From positions 80,484-144,483 of the forward strand of contig NIVC01000244.1 in the NCBI GenBank assembly GCA_002269645.1: a DNA stretch of 64,000 nucleotides, written 5' to 3'. Below are positions 50,401 to 63,263 of the stretch, one piece after another (within the stretch, counting starts at the first letter, position 1; every line of letters begins with the position of its first letter). The position numbers were made by a program, and so were the translations under genes. Origin of the DNA: Macrostomum lignano. Lineage: Eukaryota. The notes under the pieces were generated by a model. That model was not told the origin of the DNA and searched no databases. It saw only the letters and a list, made by a program, of their open reading frames with translations.

Positions 50401-53400
50401 GTCAATCAGGTGAGCTTTGCAGCAAGCTAGCCAGAAGAAAAGTATGTTAATATATAGCTGTCGAATCCAGTCAATAGAAATCATGCTCAACCATGCTCAA
50501 CGGTTTGATTTTTTTGTGTGCGCACGCAAAAAAATCAGTCAAAATTTTTTTGTAACCATGATGAAAAGAATGAGGAGGCGGACATATAGTACAGTAAATG
50601 GGCTCAATTGTCAGACACTTGGCATTGTCCTGTACTGGCCACTGCCGGGCTGCTTGCTTGTACTCTTATTACACTGACTTGACCGCCGGAAGATGGCGGG
50701 ACAGGGGCTGCTGAATCTAAGGAGGCCTTAAACCAGATTCTGGGAGTGCGAAAGTCTTCCCATATAAAGTCTTGATTTCTCAGACAGTTACCCCCTTACC
50801 CGGTAGACTTCAGGTTTTACTGTTTGCACGCAATGGTAGAAGGCCGAATCTTAGTCTCATTCTAAAGCTAAATAGATTTTCACTGTCTCGGTAAATATAA
50901 TCAGATTTCGAACCATAATAGAACTTTGATAAATGCGTGTTTTACACAAGAAATACTCAAGTACTCGTAGGACGGATGATGCGTGTTTTACACAAGGACT
51001 ACTCAAGTACTCGTAGGACGGATGATGCGTGTTTTACACAAGGACTACTCAAGTACTCGTAGGACGGATGATGCGTGTTTTACACAAGGACTACTCAAGT
51101 ACTCGTAGGACGGATGATGCGTGTTTTACACAAGGACTACTCAAGTACTCGTAGGACGGATGATGCGTGTTTTACACAAGGACTACTCAAGTACTCGTAG
51201 GACGGATGATGCGTGTTTTACACAAGGACTACTCAAGTACTCGTAGGACGGATGATGCGTGTTTTACGCAAGGACTACTCAAGTAGTCGTAGGACGGGGG
51301 AACCGATGTTTCTTCCAGCTTCCAGAAAATCCAGCTTCTCGTTCAAGATTTCCTTGGGCCAAGTTGCTCATAGCAACCCATCGGTTCCTTGTGCGAAATT
51401 CCCCACAGGCTTGACAAAAGTACCAGTGGGAGATTCTTTTTGGCGACAATAAAAGAGCAATATTTAATTATGTGCCGTCCGTCTCTGCGCTGGAAACAGC
51501 ATTATTGCGTACATTGTTTTATTATTCATAGACGGTATCTACGAGTAAAAATGGTTCATATAAAAAGCTCGTAAACTTGATAATGTCTGCAGCCTTATTG
51601 CATTTGGCTGGAAATCTGGGCTGCACTCTTGAGTACCGCTGCGTGCTCTGTAGCCAGTTCTGTATGTGTGTTGCAGCGCAGTGTGAGTAGATAAGGATGC
51701 TGCAGTTGTAGGCACAATTTAATATTGCATGTATTTCTTGAGTTCATAATTCATGTTCATCAATTTTTTTATTGGCAGCGTACAGAAATTTTTTTGATGA
51801 TCTAAAAGTATCTCAAGATAATCTTACGGTGTCTACATATAATGTAAGGGTCTACGGATCTACGGATGGTCTAAGGTTATCTACGGATAGTCTAAGGGTA
51901 TCTACGGATAGTCTAAGGGTATCTACGGATAGTCTAAGGGTATCTACGGATAGTCTAAGGGTATCTACGGATAGTCTAAGGGTATCTACGGATAGTCTAA
52001 GGGTATCTACGGATAGTCTAAGGGTATCTACCAGTACGGATAGTCTAAGGGTATCTACGGATAGTCTAAGGATATCTACGGATAGTCTAAGGGTATCTAC
52101 GGATAGTCTAAGGGTATCTACGGTTAGTCTAAGGGTATCTACGGATAGTCTAAGGGTATCTACGGATAGTCTAAGGTCATCTACGGATAGTTAAAGGATA
52201 GCTATCAGATACCAAGGGGTTGTAACCTAGTGGTTAGAGCTTCGGACTCACGACTTTAAGGTCGGGGGTTCGATTCTCGATCCACGCGGAACTGCAGTTT
52301 GTGTCCTTGAGCAAGACACTTAAAATTGTCTAGCATTGCTTCAGTTCACCCAGCTATAAAATGGGTGCCAGCGTTAGCTGGGGTAATTCAGGGTTTGTGT
52401 GGGCACCCTCCAGTCCTTGGATTAAACAGTCGTACGCAGCCTTCAGATGCGCCGCGCAATAGCATATAGTGTATAAAGTTCTATGAATATTGGCAATGTA
52501 ACTATCAGCTATCAATTTGAGTGTTGTCAATAAGAAAAAAAAGATTTTTCGGGAAAAAATCGTGCACTTTTTCTAACCCAATTTTAAAAGTTAAGAATAA
52601 TTACATCGGGGTGGATTAGTGCTCTGTGCATAAACTCGAGCATCGAAGCATGCACTGGGCATGGACTGCTCCGCCTGCCGGCTGCCTCGACTCTTGAGGC
52701 AACTGAGCAGCATCGAGTGTCATGCATTGACTTTACTATTGCCGCTTGGCTAAATTTTCAAGAGACTCTCGGGGCAAATGCTTTTCCGAGTAATAAGCGA
52801 TTCCAGGTTGAGCGTCCCCCCAGTCTTCATCGATACTTCTGGCTTCATTTCAATTGGCATGCTTTAAAGCTCTGATACTGATCAGGAGACTGAGGACCTA
52901 CGCAAGCTATTCATTCACTGGCTAGAGTGCGATGGAGATTAGTAGAGAGATAAGTAGAGGGATGCACTTAGCCAGACAGGGAGCTCTTAGATCTATAACT
53001 TGGGAGTAGCAACTCCTTATGACAGTTTTGAGGTGTTTTATTACTCTAATTAAGCACAATGGACTGCTCAATGCAGTCAAGGCAAGAAAAATACTTGCCT
53101 TGGGGGTTGGCCCTCAAGGACGTTAATTGCACGAGCAGAGCCAAGCCGCGATTTCAATTTAGCCCCGAAATAATTTGACTGCATTTGGAATCGAGCCTGG
53201 GCCGCTGACACAGAGCGCCGCGCTAGACAACTGGGCTACGCCCCCCATATGTCTACATGTAGATCTCCTTGACTTCTTGGCCCGGAAGTGTGCAGGGCGG
53301 ACCGGGCTGCCCGTGTCTTGTTCTCATCCGCTCTCAGCCTTTTTGAGCCCTCCCGGATCCGCTTAGCTCTCCTTACCATATTTCTGTCTCCTGCCAGACA

Positions 53401-56400
53401 GAATCTCCCCTCTAGGATCTGACTTCGCCCTTCCCCTCCGCCAGCCGCCCCACATCTGCTGGCCTGCTTTCATTGGTATTCATAGATAGACTGTTTGGTA
53501 GCGGTGGCGGCAACCTCCGACCCCGATAAGAAGCAGTATAGTATCGGTAGAGTTGAAAAAGTGAATAAGACATGGCCGAGATGAAGAGCTGAAAAAAGTT
53601 GTGAACAAGGAGACACCCCTGACCCTTTCCCCTTCTAAATACTTCGAATCCAAAATTGAATAAGTATAGGCGTTTTAGGACAAAGACAAAGACTGTGGAT
53701 AGAAAATCAATTTAGGTCAACCTAGATCCACAACCATATAGTAGACATCAGTACAAAGAAGGACACCAGCAGCAACCTCTTTCATAGTAGACTCTCTATA
53801 TCTCAGTGATGTTATTCAATTTATGAGCTCACTGAAATCATGCTTAAACATCGATTTCCATGAAGTGAAGATCAGGATTATCAGGATAGGACCCCAGTGA
53901 TTACGCAAAAAGCGTTGCAATGTGCTAAAATGCTTTCTAAAAGGAGTTTCCGCAGTTTGCGAGAAACAACTCTGAATCGTCAACCGCGTGAAGCTGCAGA
54001 AATCAACCTTGAGCGTTGGAACGAAAACTGGCTTCATAATTTATCTGCGTCTCTTGTTAGGCAGCCTGTCTGCCTAGACTAGATATCTGCTAGTCTGACA
54101 AGCTGAAAAAATTCAATCCAAATCTGCCATGCCCCCCGCAGTTGCTACTCTATCATCTGCAGCTTGCCAACGTGCCCGAGTATTCTCCTCAGTATCCAGG
54201 GCTCAACTGGGATTTGAGATCTTGGATTAAGATTCTCTGATTACTTTTGGCGTTTCGGGTATCACGATCGGGTTGCTTTATTGCTTTACTAATACTACTA
54301 CTACTACTACTACTAATATTACTGCTGGGTGTAGCAGTGTTTTTCATTGCTATTCGTTTTATAGTGTGTTAAGATGGATGGCTCGCGTGTCAATGAACTT
54401 CTCTCTTTCAATTTTTCTATCCCCCCTCTCTTCCTCTTCGCATGGCATTGGGCAATGCAACATTTTTTGTAAAAGTATATCAGATATATGCTTTCACTGT
54501 AAATCAGGGGTTTTTGCTACACGCTGCAGGTTGGGTCTCCATACCTTTGCCTTGCAACTTCTATATTGTCTGTTGGGCGTACGACTCGACTGTCCAGTGT
54601 GTTGCTAAATAATGTAGACTGGAATTGTGCCTCAAACTATGCCGACTGGATAAAGCACAGAGTATAAGGACAGCATAGGATAGATAAATCCTATGCCCAA
54701 TAGATAGACTGGATAAGGCGCCAGCTGCATAGACTGGATAAGGCGCCAGCTGCGTAGACTGGATAAGGCGCCAGCTGCATAGACTGGATAAAACGCCAGC
54801 TGCATAGACTGGATAAGGCTCCAGCTGCATAGACTGGATAAGGCGCCAGCTGCATAGACTGGATAAGGCGCCAGCTGCATAGACTGGATGAGGCGCCAGC
54901 TGCATAGACTGGATAAGGCGCCAGCTGCATAGACTGGATGAGGCGCCAGCTGCATAGACTGGATAAGGTGCCAGCTGCATAGACTGGATAAGGCGCCAGC
55001 TGCATAGACTGGATGAGGCGCCAGCTGCATAGACTGGATAAGGCGCCAGCTGCATAGACTGGATGAGGCGCCAGCTGCATAGACTGGATAAGGTGCCAGC
55101 TGCATAGACTGGATAAGGTGCCAGCTGCATAGACTGGATAAGGCGCCAGCTGCATAGACTGGATGAGGCGCCAGCTGCATAGACTGGATGAGGCGCCAGC
55201 TGCATAGACTGGATAAGGTGCCAGCTGCATAGACTGGATAAGGTGCCAGCTGCATAGACTGGATAAGGCGCCAGCTGCATAGACTGGATGAGGCGCCAGC
55301 TGCATAGACTGGATGAGGCGCCAGCTGCATAGACTGGATAAAACGCCAGCTGCATAGACTGGATAAAACGCCAGCTGCATAGACTGGATAAAACGCCAGA
55401 ATTTTCCAACGCGTGATTGCAATGCTTAAATTGGCTTATCCTCCGCGCCTAGCTTATTTCTCTGATCCCTAATTCGTCGGTAGGACCGAACCAAGCTTCT
55501 AGGAAATTAGGAAACACCTATATAGGTTCGGTCTGCCTTTAACCCTTTAATGGTTTGCATTTCCCATGCGATTTGAAATCCCCTCTCTGTCTGTGTGTGA
55601 CTGGCTGCACCAGCTCTAGCGGCTTGCGTGCTGCGGCCCCGGCCTACAACTAATTGCGGGCAGCGGCAGTGCCTCCGACCCCCGATAATGAGCATTTAGA
55701 CAGCGGCCCACCGCCTCTACGCCTCCCCCGATTAGAGTGGCTTAGTTAGCCGTCTCAGCTCCTCCTCACCGGCTTATGACTAATGAGCCTTGCAGTCTCG
55801 AAAAGCACCTTAATGAAATCTAGTAGCTGGATGGGCGGGTGGATGAGTAGGGAGCTAGGAGAGGAGAGGCGCGAGTTGATGGTGGCTAGTATTTATACAT
55901 AGACTAAGCCCGTCTGTCTAGCAGGAATGCGAACCTACTCCCTTATAGGAAACCATTCCCTTAGGAAACCACTTAGGAAACCACCCACTCTCTTAGGAAA
56001 CCACCCAATCCCTTAGGAAACCACCCACTTCCTTAGGAAACCACCCAATCCCTTAGGAAACCACCCAATCCCTTAGGAAACCACCCACTCCCTTAGGAAA
56101 CCACCCACTCACTTAGGAAACCACCCACTCACTTAGGAAACCACCCACTCTCTTAGGAAACCACCCAATCCCTTAGGAAACCACCCACTCTCTTAGGAAA
56201 CCACCCACTCCCTTAGAAAACCACCCACTCCCTTAGAAAACCACTCACTGTCTTAGGAAACCACCCACTCCCTTAGGAAACCACCCACTCCCTTAGGAAA
56301 CCACCCACTCTTAGGAATTCACTTCCCTAGGAAACCACTCATTTAAGAAACTGCGAGCCTCCTCCATTAGGAAACCACTCCCTTAGGAAACCACTCCCTT

Positions 56401-57792
56401 AGTTAACCACTCCCTTAGGAAACCACTCCCTTAGGAAACCACTCCCTTAGGAAACCACTCCCTTAGGAAACCATTCCTTTAGGAAACCACTCCCTTAGTT
56501 AACCACTCCCTTAGGAAACCATTCCTTTAGGAAACCACTCCCTTTGGAAACCACTCATTTAGGAAACCACTCCCTTAGGAAACCACTCCCTTAGGAAACC
56601 ACTCCCTTAGGAAACCACTCCCTTAGGAAACCACTCCCTTAGGAAACTACTCCCTTAGGAAACCACTCCCTTAGGAAACCACTCCCTTAGGAAACCACTC
56701 CCTTAGGAAACTACTCCCTTAGGAAACTACTCCCTTAGGAAACTACTCCCTTAGGAAACCACTCCCTTAGGAAACTACTCCCTTAGGAAACCACTCCCTA
56801 CTAGACTATCCGTAACCTACTCCCTTTAGTCTCTTTAGCAACCGGCTCCCATTGGGTTTAGGTGTAATAGTAATTCCCATCTATATATACAAGCTGAATT
56901 CGTAGTTGATTTGTAATAAAATCGAGCCATCAATAAACTCAAAAAAGATATTGTTAACATTATAGTTACCTGTCTTTGTTTATGCATTTCGTGGGAACTT
57001 TAGGGCAGCAAGTTCAAGAAGGCTCTTGTACGATTGTTGTCTTAGCTTATTAAAGTCAAGTCAAGGTTTAACAGACACAAGAGGTCAAGTGGGAGTTTAA
57101 AAGACTTACATTTTGTTGCTGAACTGCCCTGCAATCCTAAAAGCTTAAAGGCTAGCATTTCGCTCATTCACAATGACAGAAAAAAGCTAACCGACAGTTT
57201 TTTTCACTGTCAGGGAGTGCAACAGTAGGCATAATAAACTGCTTGGGCAAATTATATCTGCATAATGCTATTGCAGTTTAGGCCGCGCTATGCATTGGAA
57301 TTTAATTATGGGTCTGCCCCCCCCCCCTAGTTCGCTAAGTGCCCGCAATGGCTGGCTGTACAAGCCGAGGGCGGGGACAGCTGACCTTCCGTTGGTCTTC
57401 CGTTCGATTCAGTTGGTTCGTGCGCAGAAAAATATATTTCCCCTAATAATCCGCACTGCCCCCCGATATGTGCCGCTGGATTTTTTCTCGGTAGCTGCTT
57501 TGCCTCCGAGCGGGGCAAAAATTTGTGCGCCAAATTACTTCCTGTTTTCCCTCTCTTGCCTCTCCATTGGCTTCGGGTAAGCTATCAGTTTTCCTCGCTC
57601 TTGGCCTATCGTCCGGTCTTTGGTCTACAATGCAGCATTAGAGCAACTAGCGTTCGGTTGCTTGAGGCTGCTCTAAATGAGATTGATTGTGATAAGGGAA
57701 GTTAAGTGTAGTGTTATCTCATTAAGCTTGGCACAAGCCTGGGGGGACTGGCTAATAGAGTCAGACAGACAGACACATACAGACAGACAGGC

Positions 57793-57848
<56 letters not shown>

Positions 57849-60796
57849 GGACACTAAGACTAAGACACTAAGACAAACATCAAAATGCTAAGACAGACTG
57901 ACTGAATGACTGGAGAGGCAGACAGGCATAACGACAGACAGACGAGCAGACGCATAAGACAGACGTATGGGCAGTCATATGCTAGCAATCTGTATCTGTC
58001 AGCCAGCTCTACAAAGCCATGTTCCTTTCAACTTCCCTTGGTAATCCACTTCGCGGATCCAGGCAGCAGTGGGAGGCAGGCGGTTCAAGGCGAATCTATT
58101 TTGAAATCAGTGAATCGCATATACAGCACACAGTGCGGGATAAAAGTGCGGAAGGGTGCGATGAAAGGGCGCGTCGGCGGACTGATGCGAGATTATTTGC
58201 GCGCAAACTGGCTATTCAGCAGGGACGCGCCGTAGAAGCGCTTTTTGTGTGTTTCTGCTGTGTCTGGTGCAGCCGGGCCGAGACTGGATTTGCCATGATG
58301 AATAGCCACGCCACGTCATAAAACACATTCGCTTCGTATCTCATCGCACATTGTAGAAACAGTATTAAATGACAAGTCAAAGGCACGCACTTGCGACACA
58401 ATCTTCGCATCAAACCATGCACCGTGCGAGACATATTTTAAGCAAGGGGCTCAAGCCAGCCCCCATACCTAGGACGGAAACGGCTGCACTGTACATAAGA
58501 GTGCGCTTGAATAAGAAAGATCAAACCATGTACACGCAGAAAAGTGCAAATCGCAAACACGAATATATAGATGGGGGAAAGACAGTGACATGTCGGGAAA
58601 AGTCGGTGAGAGCGACTTTCCGTAGGCCGTAGTGCGTCGTACGTAGGCCAGTACGACGTAGGAGTGAGTGACAAATGCGGGAGAATGAGTGACAGATGCG
58701 GTGAAGTAGTGAGTGACAGATGCGGTGAAGTAGTGAGTGACAGATGCGGTGAAGTAGTGAGTGACAGATGCGGTGAAGTAGTGAGTGACAGATGCGGTGA
58801 AGTAGTGAGTGACAGATGCGGTGAAGTAGTGAGTGACAGATGCGGTGAAGTAGTGAGTGACAGATGCGATGAAGGAGTGAGTGACAGATGCAGTGAAGTA
58901 GTGAGTGACAGATGCGGTAAAGTAGTGAGTGACAGATGCGATGAAGGAGTGAGTGACAGATGCGGTGAAGTAGTGAATGACAGATGCAGTGAAGGAGTGA
59001 GTAACAGATGCGATGAAGGAGTGACAGATGCGGGGAAGTGAGTGAGTGACAGATGCGGGGAAGTGAGTGAGTGACAGATGCGGTGAAGAGAGTGAATGAC
59101 AGATGCAGTGAAGGAGTTGAGTGGACTGTCTGCGTTCGTGAGATGATTGGTAGGTTATTACTATTGCATGCGATTCTTACAGCTTTATAGATATATGTAC
59201 GAGCGTTATATATACATACGGCATATGTACTCCTAGCGTGTTTTAATGAGCATTGCCAATGTAGAAGATTTCTAAAAAAGGCAAAAAAGAAGATACCGTC
59301 ATAAATGTGCGAGTATAACGATATGGATGTTGATATGGATATGGTTTCGGATCGTACTTTATTCAGGCCTGAATTTCACTTGCAGCACCAGATGCGCAGG
59401 CATTAGTCACTATGCGCGGAATTCTGAGTCTTTTGATTAGTTATTCCCAGCTGCCCTTTGTTATGAATTTCAATTAGGAATTGACAATTTGGATTTTAAT
59501 ATTCGTCAGTCAGTCAGCCAGCCAGTCAGGCAGTCAGTCAGTCAGTCAGTCAGGCAGTCAGGCAGTCAGTCAGTCAGGCAGGCAGTCAGGCAGGCAGTCA
59601 GTCAGTCAGTTAGGCAGGCAGTCAGTCAGTCAGTCAGGCAGTCAGGCAGGCAGTCAGCATTCTAACTACCCCCCTCCAGCAGTACCTGGGCCTGGCAGCT
59701 GACATTGGCGAACCATTCGCTGGATTGGCGGCAGCGGCAGCGGCCGCATCCTCAACGGCAAGCTCAGCCCAGGACACCGACCGGCTGGTACTGAACTTGG
59801 ACATCCCGCTGGCTGATGCTGCGGCTGGTAGCCTTGGCGTCAGCGTCAAATCTTTGCCGTTGTCGAGCGGCAGCAATGGCCGCGCTAGCAGCGACTCCGG
59901 CGGCCGCGGCGTCTTTGTGAAAAGCGTCATCAGTGGAGGCGCCGCTTACAAGGTTTGTGGCCTTTATGGCACCCTGAGTTTTATGGCGAGGTCATGACCT
60001 CAGACTGGCGGTATCTGACAGACACTGTGGTCAGCGGGGTCATGACCTCAGACTGGCGGTATCTGACAGACACTGTGGTCAGCTGGGTCATGACCTCAGA
60101 CTGGCAGTATCTGATAGACACTGGGGTCAGCGGGGTCATGACCTCAGACTGACAGACACTGTGGCCAGCGGGGTCATGACCTCAGACTGGCAGTATCTGA
60201 CAGACACTGTGGTCAGCGGGGTCATGACCTCAGACTGGCAGTATCTGACAGACACTGGGGTCAGCAGGGTCATGACCTCATGCAGAAAGCTGTCTCTGGA
60301 ACTCCTTGTACAGGATGGCCGGCTCCGCGAGAACGACCAGCTGCTGTCCGTGAACGGCTACTCGCTGGAAGGCGTCAACAACACGGAAGCGACGGCCACT
60401 CTGCGTCGAGCAATCCGCGAATGCGGCGGCCCGGGCGGCTGCCTCCGCCTGTCCATTGCCAGGCGTCAGCTGAGGCAGCAGCCGGGCTCCCAGCAGCACT
60501 GGCGGGCGCAGCACGGCAGGCACCATCAGCAGCAGGACTCCGGCTCCAGCGGTTGGCCACCTGCGTCTAGCATCAACACAGTCAGCAGCGTTGGCAGCAG
60601 CGGCAGCGTCACAGTCAGCGCTGATGTGCACCACTCGCCGCCGCTGCTGCCGGCCCTGGCCGAGGGTCGACCGACTGCGGCATCGACTTCCGCCTCTAGC
60701 GAGGAGAACAGTCATCTGGCATCGCCCACAGCTCAGCAGCAACAGCAGGAACAGCAACAGCAACAGCAAAAGCAACAGCCGCCTCCTTTGCCTCCA
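47136..60796 (+). CDS. pard3: Par-3/Bazooka cell polarity scaffold (N-terminal oligomerisation domain plus PDZ1-3); 3' exons not resolved or beyond the window
   Basis: Exons 47136-47453, 47749-48209, 49316-50159, 59680-59952, 60314-60796 with matching phases. MKVTVSFGSTKLVVPCG...DGGILDWDDRVADVLDDRE matches the Par-3 N-terminus; three PDZ domains contain DGRL motifs. Confidence 0.93.
47475..47717. repeat. 21-bp minisatellite filling Par-3 intron 1
   Basis: GTGCAATCTCTCATAGAGAAA, about 11.5 copies. Confidence 0.95.
47749..48209 (+). CDS. pard3: Par-3 exon 2 (PDZ1)
   Basis: TGTGCAG acceptor; GGSAAKDGRLRPGDRIVEING; phase-2 donor GTGAGT. Confidence 0.9.
48275..49222. repeat. 40-bp minisatellite filling Par-3 intron 2
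   Basis: GACCTTGCATTGTGACCGTATTGTCTAGGGTCACCGGTGT, about 23 copies. Confidence 0.97.
49316..50159 (+). CDS. pard3: Par-3 exon 3 (end of PDZ1, Pro-rich linker, PDZ2)
   Basis: AQELLREA...RKSADGLGFSVT...[27 protein letters not shown]; 3' boundary less certain. Confidence 0.88.
50934..51296. repeat. 46-bp minisatellite, about 8 copies
   Basis: GCGTGTTTTACACAAGGACTACTCAAGTACTCGTAGGACGGATGAT. Confidence 0.95.
51858..52192. repeat. 21-bp minisatellite, about 15 copies
   Basis: CTACGGATAGTCTAAGGGTAT. Confidence 0.95.
52215..52461 (+). mobile_element. tRNA-derived SINE family 1, copy 3 (central region resembles Nin/Deu-domain SINEs)
   Basis: TAACCTAGTGGTTAG (A box), GGTTCGATTCTC (B box), GTGTCCTTGAGCAAGACACTT...TTCACCCAGCTATAAAATGGGT. 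Confidence 0.85.
53095..53245 (-). mobile_element. SINE family 2, 5' partial copy
   Basis: Reverse-complement homolog of 8249-8400. Confidence 0.8.
54705..55398. repeat. 25-bp minisatellite, about 28 copies
   Basis: AGACTGGATAAGGCGCCAGCTGCAT. Confidence 0.97.
55955..56800. repeat. Compound 20-bp then 16-bp minisatellite
   Basis: CCCTTAGGAAACCACCCACT units switch to CCCTTAGGAAACCACT units near 56330. Confidence 0.95.
58665..59110. repeat. 24-bp minisatellite
   Basis: GTGAGTGACAGATGCGGTGAAGTA. Confidence 0.95.
59680..59952 (+). CDS. pard3: Par-3 exon 4 (PDZ3, first half)
   Basis: LDIPLADAAAGSLGVSVK...VFVKSVISGGAAYK|GT. Confidence 0.9.
59990..60283. repeat. 48-bp minisatellite, about 6 copies, filling the intron that splits PDZ3
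   Basis: GGGGTCATGACCTCAGACTGGCAGTATCTGACAGACACTGTGGTCAGC. Confidence 0.93.
60314..60796 (+). CDS. pard3: Par-3 exon 5 (PDZ3, second half, plus Q/S-rich linker)
   Basis: TGTACAG|DGRLRENDQLLSVNG...LRLSIARR; donor GTGAGT at 60797. Confidence 0.88.
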
Positions 60797-61544
60797 GTGA
60801 GTTCCATTCAGTTTATGCCGAGGCTTCAAATTTAGTCACTACCTGATGTCTAACTGATGCGATATTTTCTCTTCTTGCTGCTACATTTATTGAGTTGAGC
60901 ATCTGTTGTCTTTTGTTGAGTTCATGTCTATCTATTTATTTTGCAATGGATATAGGTTAGGCTAATTAAGCTAGTTCGGCTCAGCAGGGGGTTGAGATTG
61001 CACTGGATTATAACAAATTATATATTAGAGTATTGACTATTGCGGTAATAAACCGCATGAGTGTAAAAATAGTGTTGTTTAAAGCATTCTGAACAAAAAA
61101 GCAAAAGGGAACCTGCTTCAGCGGCACAAACAGCAGCATCAGTATAGTGTTGCGCTTTTTCTTTCCTCTTCGACTTTCTCTCTATCCATACCGCACCCAC
61201 TGTTGGCAGGCTGGGCAGTTGAGGGTTAGGAGAAGGCTTTAGCACTGATTACGGTAGCCTTCGGTGCTAGGCTAGTTTGACTTGGCGCCTAATTTGATAA
61301 CCTGCTGTCCTTCTGGCTATGCACTGGAGCCTTAATCTCTCCCTCTTGCCCTCCTATTTTTCCCTCACATTTAGTCAGTAAATACATATACATACACGAA
61401 GCTAATCCGTCATTCAGGTAGAGAGGTGGGCTGAAATGCATATAAGAGAATCTTTAAGAGACTATTTTAGGTCACGATTGGTAAGCACTTGTGCTAGACT
61501 AAAAACTGCTTGATGAATCAACTTTACAGCGGTTAGAACTTGAA

Positions 61545-63263
61545 TGTAGAACTCGGATACAGCATAGCAACGGTATCTTAATCCAAGTGTGGGACCATGA
61601 CTACAGCATAGCAACGGTAGTAGCTTTATCTAAGTGTGTGACCATGGATACAGCATAGCAACAATAGCTTTATCCAAGTGTATGACCATGGATACAGCAT
61701 AGCAACGGTAGTAGCTTTATCCAAGTGTATGACTATGGATACAGCATAGCAACGGTAGCTTCATCCAAGTGTATCACCATGAATACAGCATAGCAACGGT
61801 AGTAGCTTTATCCAAGTGTATGACTATGGATACAGCATAGCAACGGTAGCTTCATCCAAGTGTATCACCATGAATACAGCATAGCAACGGTATCTTAATC
61901 CAAGTGTGTGACCATGGATACAGCATAGCAACGGTATCTTAATCCAAGTGTGGGACCATGACTACAGCATAGCAACGGTATCTTAATCCAAGTGTATAAC
62001 CATGGATACAGCATAGCAACGGTATCTTAATCCAAGTGTGTGACCATGGATACAGCATAGCAACGGTAGCTTTATCCAAGTGTGTGACCATGGATACAGC
62101 ATAGCAACGGTAGCTTTATCCAAGTGTGTGACCATGACTACAGCATAGCAACGGTAGTAGCTTTATACAAGTGTGTGACCATGATACAGCATAGCAACGG
62201 TAGCTTTATCCAAGTGTGTGACCATGACTACAGCATAGCAACGGTAGTAGCTTTATACAAGTGTGTGACCATGATACAGCATAGCAACGGTAGCTTTATC
62301 CAAGTGTGTGACCATGATACAGCATAGCAACGGTAGCTTTATCCAAGTGTGTGACCATGACTACAGCATAGCAACGGTAGTAGCTTTATACAAGTGTGTG
62401 ACCATGATACAGCATAGCAACGGTAGCTTTATCCAAGTGTGTGACCATGACTACAGCATAGCAACGGTAGTAGCTTTATACAAGTGTGTGACCATGATAC
62501 AGCATAGCAACGGTAGTAGCTTTATACAAGTGTGTGACCATGATACAGCATAGCAACGGTAGCTTTATCCAAGTGTGTGACCATGACTACAGCATAGCAA
62601 CGGTAGCTTAATCCAAGTGTGTGACCATGACTACAGCATAGCAACGGTAGTAGCTTTATACAAGTGTGTGACCATGATACAGCATAGCAACGGTAGCTTT
62701 ATCCAAGTGTGTGACCATGACTACAGCATAGCAACGGTAGCTTTATCCAAGTGTGTGACCATGGATACAGCATAGCAACGGTAGTAGCTTTATACAAGTG
62801 TGTGACCATGATACAGCATAGCAACGGTAGCTTTATCCAAGTGTGTGACCATGACTACAGCATAGCAACGGTAGCTTTATCCAATTGTGTGACCATGGAT
62901 ACAGCATAGCAACGGTAGCTTTATCCAAGTGTGTGACCATGACTACAGCATAGCAACGGTAGTAGCTTTATACAAGTGTGTGACCATGATACAGCATAGC
63001 AACGGTAGCTTTATCCAAGTGTGTGACCATGGATACAGCATAGCAACGGTAGCTTTATCCAAGTGTGTGACCATGACTACAGCATAGCAACGGTAGTAGC
63101 TTTATACAAGTGTGTGACCATGATACAGCATAGCAACGGTAGCTTTATCCAAGTGTGTGACCATGACTACAGCATAGCAACGGTAGTAGCTTTATACAAG
63201 TGTGTGACCATGATACAGCATAGCAACGGTAGCTTTATCCAATTGTGTGACCATGGATACAGC
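61545..63263. repeat. ~42-48-bp satellite with a 90-bp dimeric higher-order repeat
   Basis: CCAAGTGTGTGACCATG(AC/GA)TACAGCATAGCAACGGTAG(TAG)CTTTAT variants; the 30-aa period in overlapping ORFs reflects the 90-bp dimer. Confidence 0.95.

Noticed and set aside
52215-52300. tRNA gene
   Set aside because: The tRNA-like head has no proper acceptor stem or terminator and continues into a SINE body found in three copies.
47475-63263. CRISPR-like arrays among the 21-48-bp repeats
   Set aside because: Units are contiguous with no unique spacers, there are no cas genes, and the context is eukaryotic introns.
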